NCBI GenBank assembly: GCA_951406725.2
Contig: OX597816.1
Coordinates: 42,532,001-42,596,000, forward strand
Length of the DNA: 64,000 nucleotides
From: Octopus vulgaris
Taxonomy: Eukaryota
Direction of reading: 5' to 3'
The first letter of the stretch is position 1; the number at the start of each line of letters is the position of its first letter. A program made the translations under genes and the position numbers. Shown here one piece after another: positions 59,031-64,000 of the stretch. The notes under the pieces are model-generated. The model was given only the letters and a program-made list of their open reading frames with translations. It searched no databases and was not told where the DNA came from.

Positions 59031-60303
59031 CGAAGAAGAGTCGAACATTATACGCACTTTTGTTTTTTCAATGTATTTACACAAAAGCAGGGGATAAACA
59101 AATATGTCATTTTCTATATTGTTTCCCTCTTTTACGATGCACGTGGTCTATCAGTCCACAAGCATATGTATTCCCTCCCGGAGGAGGGGTTTCGGTCGGG
59201 CGTGCAAACACATAGGCACCACTTCCTTCATCCGTCGGAGATTTTCGAATTCGTAAACTATCTTTGAGCAGTCCAAATTCATGATAGTGGAAACGGGTGA
59301 GATCTGGGCTGCAGGCAGGGTGTTCCAGTATCCCAAAACCCAATTGGTTAATGGTTTCATTGGTCCGGGTGGCCCTGTGTAGGCGTGAATTTTTATGCAA
59401 AATCTTTTCTTCGACAACAGGCTTTGGCGTTTGGTGCGAATTGCTGGCTTTAGTTTGTTGGCCAGCAAAGCATTGTACATTACACTGTAGATTGTACAGC
59501 AATTTTCTCGATAGTCTTCCAATATAGGCCCAAAAAAGGTTAGCCTGACTTTTCCCGCGGAAGAGTGAATCTTGAATCTCTGATCCCTGGTGACCCGGGA
59601 TGTTTCCACTCCATACTCGGTCGTTTGGATTCTGCCTCGTTTCATTTGTGACTATCTTGTTCTAAATTTCCAAACCCTCTTTGGTGTAGCGATCGAGTAA
59701 AAGTTGGTAACCCTGAAGTCGTTTGCGCTTGTGCTCTGCAGCCCGGAAGCTCTCTAGGCATCCATCTTGCACAGACTTTATGGAAGCCGAGCTCATCGCG
59801 GATGATTTGATAGGTAGACCCATTATTTGATAGTTATACTGCATGACTAATCATTGATGATAACTCGCCGGTTCACCATTACCATCTCTCGAGCATGCTG
59901 AATCTTCTCGTCCTGCAACCTCTTCGTGACTCACGCTTATCCGGTTACTTTTAAACTTCTAGATTCACTCACACACACTTCTACACGGTGGTGCACTTTC
60001 CCCGTAATATGCTAAAAACCTCTAATGAATTTCAGCACCTGACACAATTTCTGAGCAGAGAAATCGGATCATAACCCCTTATTCTTCTTCGATAAACGCT
60101 GCTAGTGGAGCGGCCATGCTTACACTGTAAAGTCAGAAAAGAAATGGAACGATCAGGCTGAATCTTCGATCACGTGACCACAAGCATACGAACTATTAGC
60201 ACACATGCGCAGAAGACCATAATAAAGACGTGACCATAATAAAGTGTGACCATAATAAAGATATATTATGGCGAAAGTCCGAATAATTTTTGACTTGCTC
60301 TCG
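59031..60303 (-). mobile_element. Full-length but decayed mariner element (~1.27 kb) with both TIRs
   Basis: TIRs TA|CGAAGAAGAGTCGAACATTATACGCACTTT and AAAGTCCGAATAATTTTTGACTTGCTCTCG|TA. Motifs include SAGKV.LT, LKPAIRTKR and LEHPACSPDL. Confidence 0.9.
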
Positions 60304-63236
60304 TAGGAAAAAGGTACTCTTGTATATTGCAGTTTATATAAACTATAGTTAAATAATATGATGAATATGGTTGGAACCCATTGGCTCAAAATTCCCCTTG
60401 ATCATTCTTGATCCAATGCTGCGAAATAAAAGAAATCAACGAGGGAATATTATATTGCACAGCGATATCCAATTTAAAATAAGAATCAAAATATTCATTT
60501 CTGACAGGTTTTCTACCTAGGTTTGCTCGTCTTCACTTGGTAATAAACAACGCGAATATCTTTACGTAGTTGCATGTTTTGTTAGAAAGAGAAGGCTGCG
60601 TTTCATGTAACACTCCTCTGGTGATGTAGTCACCGATATTCCAAGATAATATATACTTATAAATTAACTGGATTGTCTTTAATCATAGACGAGGAGGGAT
60701 GAAAGCATTCAGTATGAGGTTCCAACATTTCAATAGGGTTGGTTTCTCTTACTTTAATAAATTCCTATTTAAGTCTAATTAGCCTATTACTTTAAGACGT
60801 ACCAGCAATATTTGGGAAATTATGTCACTAAGTATAAAACGTGCTATAAGTTTAGTATGGATTAATAGATTATTCAAATGTACTCGCTCACATCTTCCAG
60901 TATATGTGTGCTTTTCGCCTTTGAAGAAAATCAGAAATTTTGTAGAAAAACAATATAAGGTTTAGTAATGTTTTTGTGCCGTCAGAACAATAACTGTGGA
61001 AAAAAGAAAATATCCGCAATCAGCCGGTAATCGAAACCGTGGTCTAGTTTCTTCTACAATGAATGATACCTGTTCTATTATAGAGCTTGTCACGCGTCAC
61101 AAATGTTATTACCAGAAATATTTACAGCTGCTATTTGTGGTACGAAATATCGATGTTGCATGCTACAATGTTATTCCAAGCCAAATAATATGAGACATAT
61201 TTTAGCATGACCTAATGAACGCAGATTATCGATTTTAGCACTAGAATATTTTGTCTATTATATATTGTTTTATTTCTGCTTTTCTATTTAGGTATTTTTT
61301 TTTTTTACTATTTTAGTATTGTTGGCCTACCGTCGATATTAATATTTAGTTCTAAAATATAATTAGATGGACAAATGAGTAAATACAGCGGTATAAAATC
61401 ATAGAAAAATCAATAAATGTAACACCTAAATGAAAACCAAAATTGCAAGGTTGAAATATGAAACTTTATGAGAATACTTCCAGGAAATTAATGCAGAACT
61501 TCAAAGGAAATGACATTATAAAAAAAAGGCTTTGGATAAGGCGTAAGGGTTTATAAACAATGAGTATATTATAGAATAGAGCACCAGACATTCACGTGCT
61601 AATGAAGAGGTAAGCTACGATGAAAGTGATATGAAACATCATTCTCTGTTAGAAAAAATTATTTTCACCTTATATTCTAAGGTATAAATATCACAAATTC
61701 ACGTGAATTACACGTTATAGTGATTTGGTGTTTAAACTACCAAGTTATTGTGTGGTAAAATACCCGTTGTAGCGGGAAGAGGGAAATAAAGTCGATTGTG
61801 TTTTGGAATTGTATTTATTATATCAAACACGGAAAGATGAAAGACTAACTTGGTGGAATTGGAATTCAGAACGTAAAGGTGCGTAATGGAACGCAAAGAT
61901 GCAATTTTACCGGCGTTTTATACGTTCTACTAACCACTTCCCTTCTTTGCAGGTTCAGTAATAAAATTAAATATTTATTTATACAACACTACATTGCGAT
62001 GAATTCAATCAATTTGTTTGCATTTCATGGACAAAAGCATCTATTATTCAACGTATGATCAGTCCAGTTAAACTAAAAACGGGTAAGAATGATGAGAATT
62101 GTGATCTTCACGCCTTTCGCAAAAACGTAAGTTCACTTGTACTATTGCTCTTGTCTATGGTCAGAATAAAAGAAAAAATGTAGTGTGATCTGGTGTTACA
62201 TTTCATAGGGATACACACACATATGTATGTATGTATGTATGTATGTGTGTATGTATGTATGTATGCTTGTATTTATAAAGGCATAATTAAGAAACCCTTT
62301 ATATCAGACGTTTTGTTTATTCTTTTACAATGTTATGAAAAACATTAAGTACTTCAATTTGGATTTAAGTATAAATCTGAAACAAATAGATATACCACAG
62401 GTGGAAATCGAACCGACAATTCATCCTCTTGTATTTTCAATAGAACAATTATATATGCTGAAAAAATATACCAATAATTCATGAACATTTTTGGTTTGGA
62501 ACATACTTGACTATTAAAGATACTTATCAGATATTTAGATCTAAGTTTATAAAACATGGAAACATTGCTAAAAATGCTGAGTGAGCTTTTAGAAACATTG
62601 GGAAAGCAATTGACATGTGTTAAAGAGCGATAATTTCATGTCATTGAGTTGTTCATCAATTCGCAATTCAAAATTGCAAATTATGCTACATTCTAACAAA
62701 ATTCTTATGGATTTCATAATCTCTTATCTCTCAAAATACTTTTTCTGTGATCGCTATTTTATTCTGATTTTAATTTCATGTATGCCTTTGGTTGTTTCCC
62801 AAATGTTATTTGAACATTAGAACAAACTGAATATTTTATTTTATAAAGTATATCAATGTAGCACGCTGGTAGATTTAATATTCAGAAAGGTAATATGAGT
62901 TGATAATCTAATGTTAAAAAGAAATAAAGTAGTGTCAAAATTTGAAAAGTGTTAAAAATAAGTACGAAAAACGTGAGAAATGTACTTGTTCACTTAATCC
63001 CATGTGGAAGGGGCTAAAACGAAAAAAGGACGTAATCTGTGTACGCTACGATGTTCTTTGCAATACTGACTTCAGCTTCCGGTTTGGGCGCAACATAGGA
63101 CATTCATTATGTCCATGCTTGAAGATCGATGATGACTGTCGTGACAAGAAAGTAAGTTTTATATTGTTCATAATTACAGAAAGAAAATTTTGACGTATCA
63201 GATGGGACTAATTTAGGATCTTTCCCTCTTTCTTGA

Positions 63237-63951
63237 CCTACAGATTCAAAAAAAATTTTTGTAACTAAACACTTTCAATCTTCGGACAATGGTAGAATGT
63301 GTCATATAAAACATATTTTACTGTTAGCATTTTTGAGAAAAACTTATATTTACGAAGTTATGTCACGTTAAAGTTCTCATATTTGGGAAATTTCAACCAA
63401 TCAATGACCTGTATTCAGCTGAATAAAATTACTGCCGTTATTTGTCAACAACAATTATCGGCGGTGTATTGTTCATTTGTCACTGTTATTTATGACATCG
63501 TTCGTGCATATGTACTGGTTTTAAGATATTAGGGTTAGGGATTTAGGGTTAGGGTTACGGTTTTAGGTTTAGGGTTAGGATTTTAGGGTTAGGGTTAAGG
63601 TTTTATAGTTAAGGTGTTAGGGTTAGCGTTTTAGGGTTAGGATTAAGGTTACGTTTTCCGGTTTAGAGATAGAGTTTACGTTTAGGGTTGTCATAAATAA
63701 CAGTGACAAACGAAATATACACCGCCGGAAGTTCTTCTTGAGAAACAACAGCAGTAATTTTATTCAGCTGAATACACGGCATTGATTGGTTGAAATTACC
63801 GAAAGAGGACTACTTTAACGTGAAATAAATTGTAAATATAAGTTTTTCTCAAAAATGCTGAGAGTAAACGATGTTTTATATGACACATTCTACCCGTCTC
63901 CGAAGTTTGAAAGTGTTTAGTTGCTAAAAAATTATTTAAAAAATCTGTAGG
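63237..63951. mobile_element. Foldback/MITE-like element: ~260-bp inverted arms around degenerate (TTAGGG)n
   Basis: Left arm 63237-63497 (CCTACAGATT...CACTGTTATTTATGACA) is the approximate reverse complement of right arm 63689-63951 (TGTCATAAATAACAGTG...AATCTGTAGG). Confidence 0.85.
63529..63688 (+). repeat. Degenerate telomere-like TTAGGG repeats
   Basis: TTAGGGTTAGGGATTTAGGGTTAGGGTTACGG... read directly. Confidence 0.9.
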
Positions 63952-64000
63952 CCCCCCCAAAAAAAAATCCCTAATTTACTTACATAAATTCATTCAAACA

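Noticed and set aside
63529-63688. True chromosome end
   Set aside because: The repeats are short, degenerate, and enclosed by inverted arms with ordinary sequence beyond.

Overview
AT-rich eukaryotic non-coding DNA. The SINE families, very high (TA)n/(GATA)n/(AAT)n microsatellite load and TTAGGG-type repeats suggest an octopus (coleoid cephalopod) genome; this assignment is inferred. No intact host protein-coding gene is supported, and most ORFs in the track are microsatellite artefacts. The window holds many decayed mobile elements: tRNA-derived SINEs, Tc1/mariner/pogo remnants and MITEs, Helitron pieces, an R4/Dong-like LINE sitting in (TAA)n, a HERO-like LINE, and a Penelope-like RT + GIY-YIG element. 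The main finding is a near-identical 2.4-copy array of a 490-bp non-coding unit at 19980-21155, flanked by (TA)n. Each full unit carries an intact Type I hammerhead ribozyme core with an unusually long G-U-rich stem II, making it a candidate retrozyme or Penelope-pLTR-derived circular-RNA element. Other points of interest are a scrambled set of hammerhead parts in the HERO-like 3' UTR, a ~715-bp foldback element enclosing degenerate telomeric repeats, and a Helitron-like element apparently carrying a LINE ORF1 fragment. All structures and coordinates were read by eye; no folding program or database search was run.
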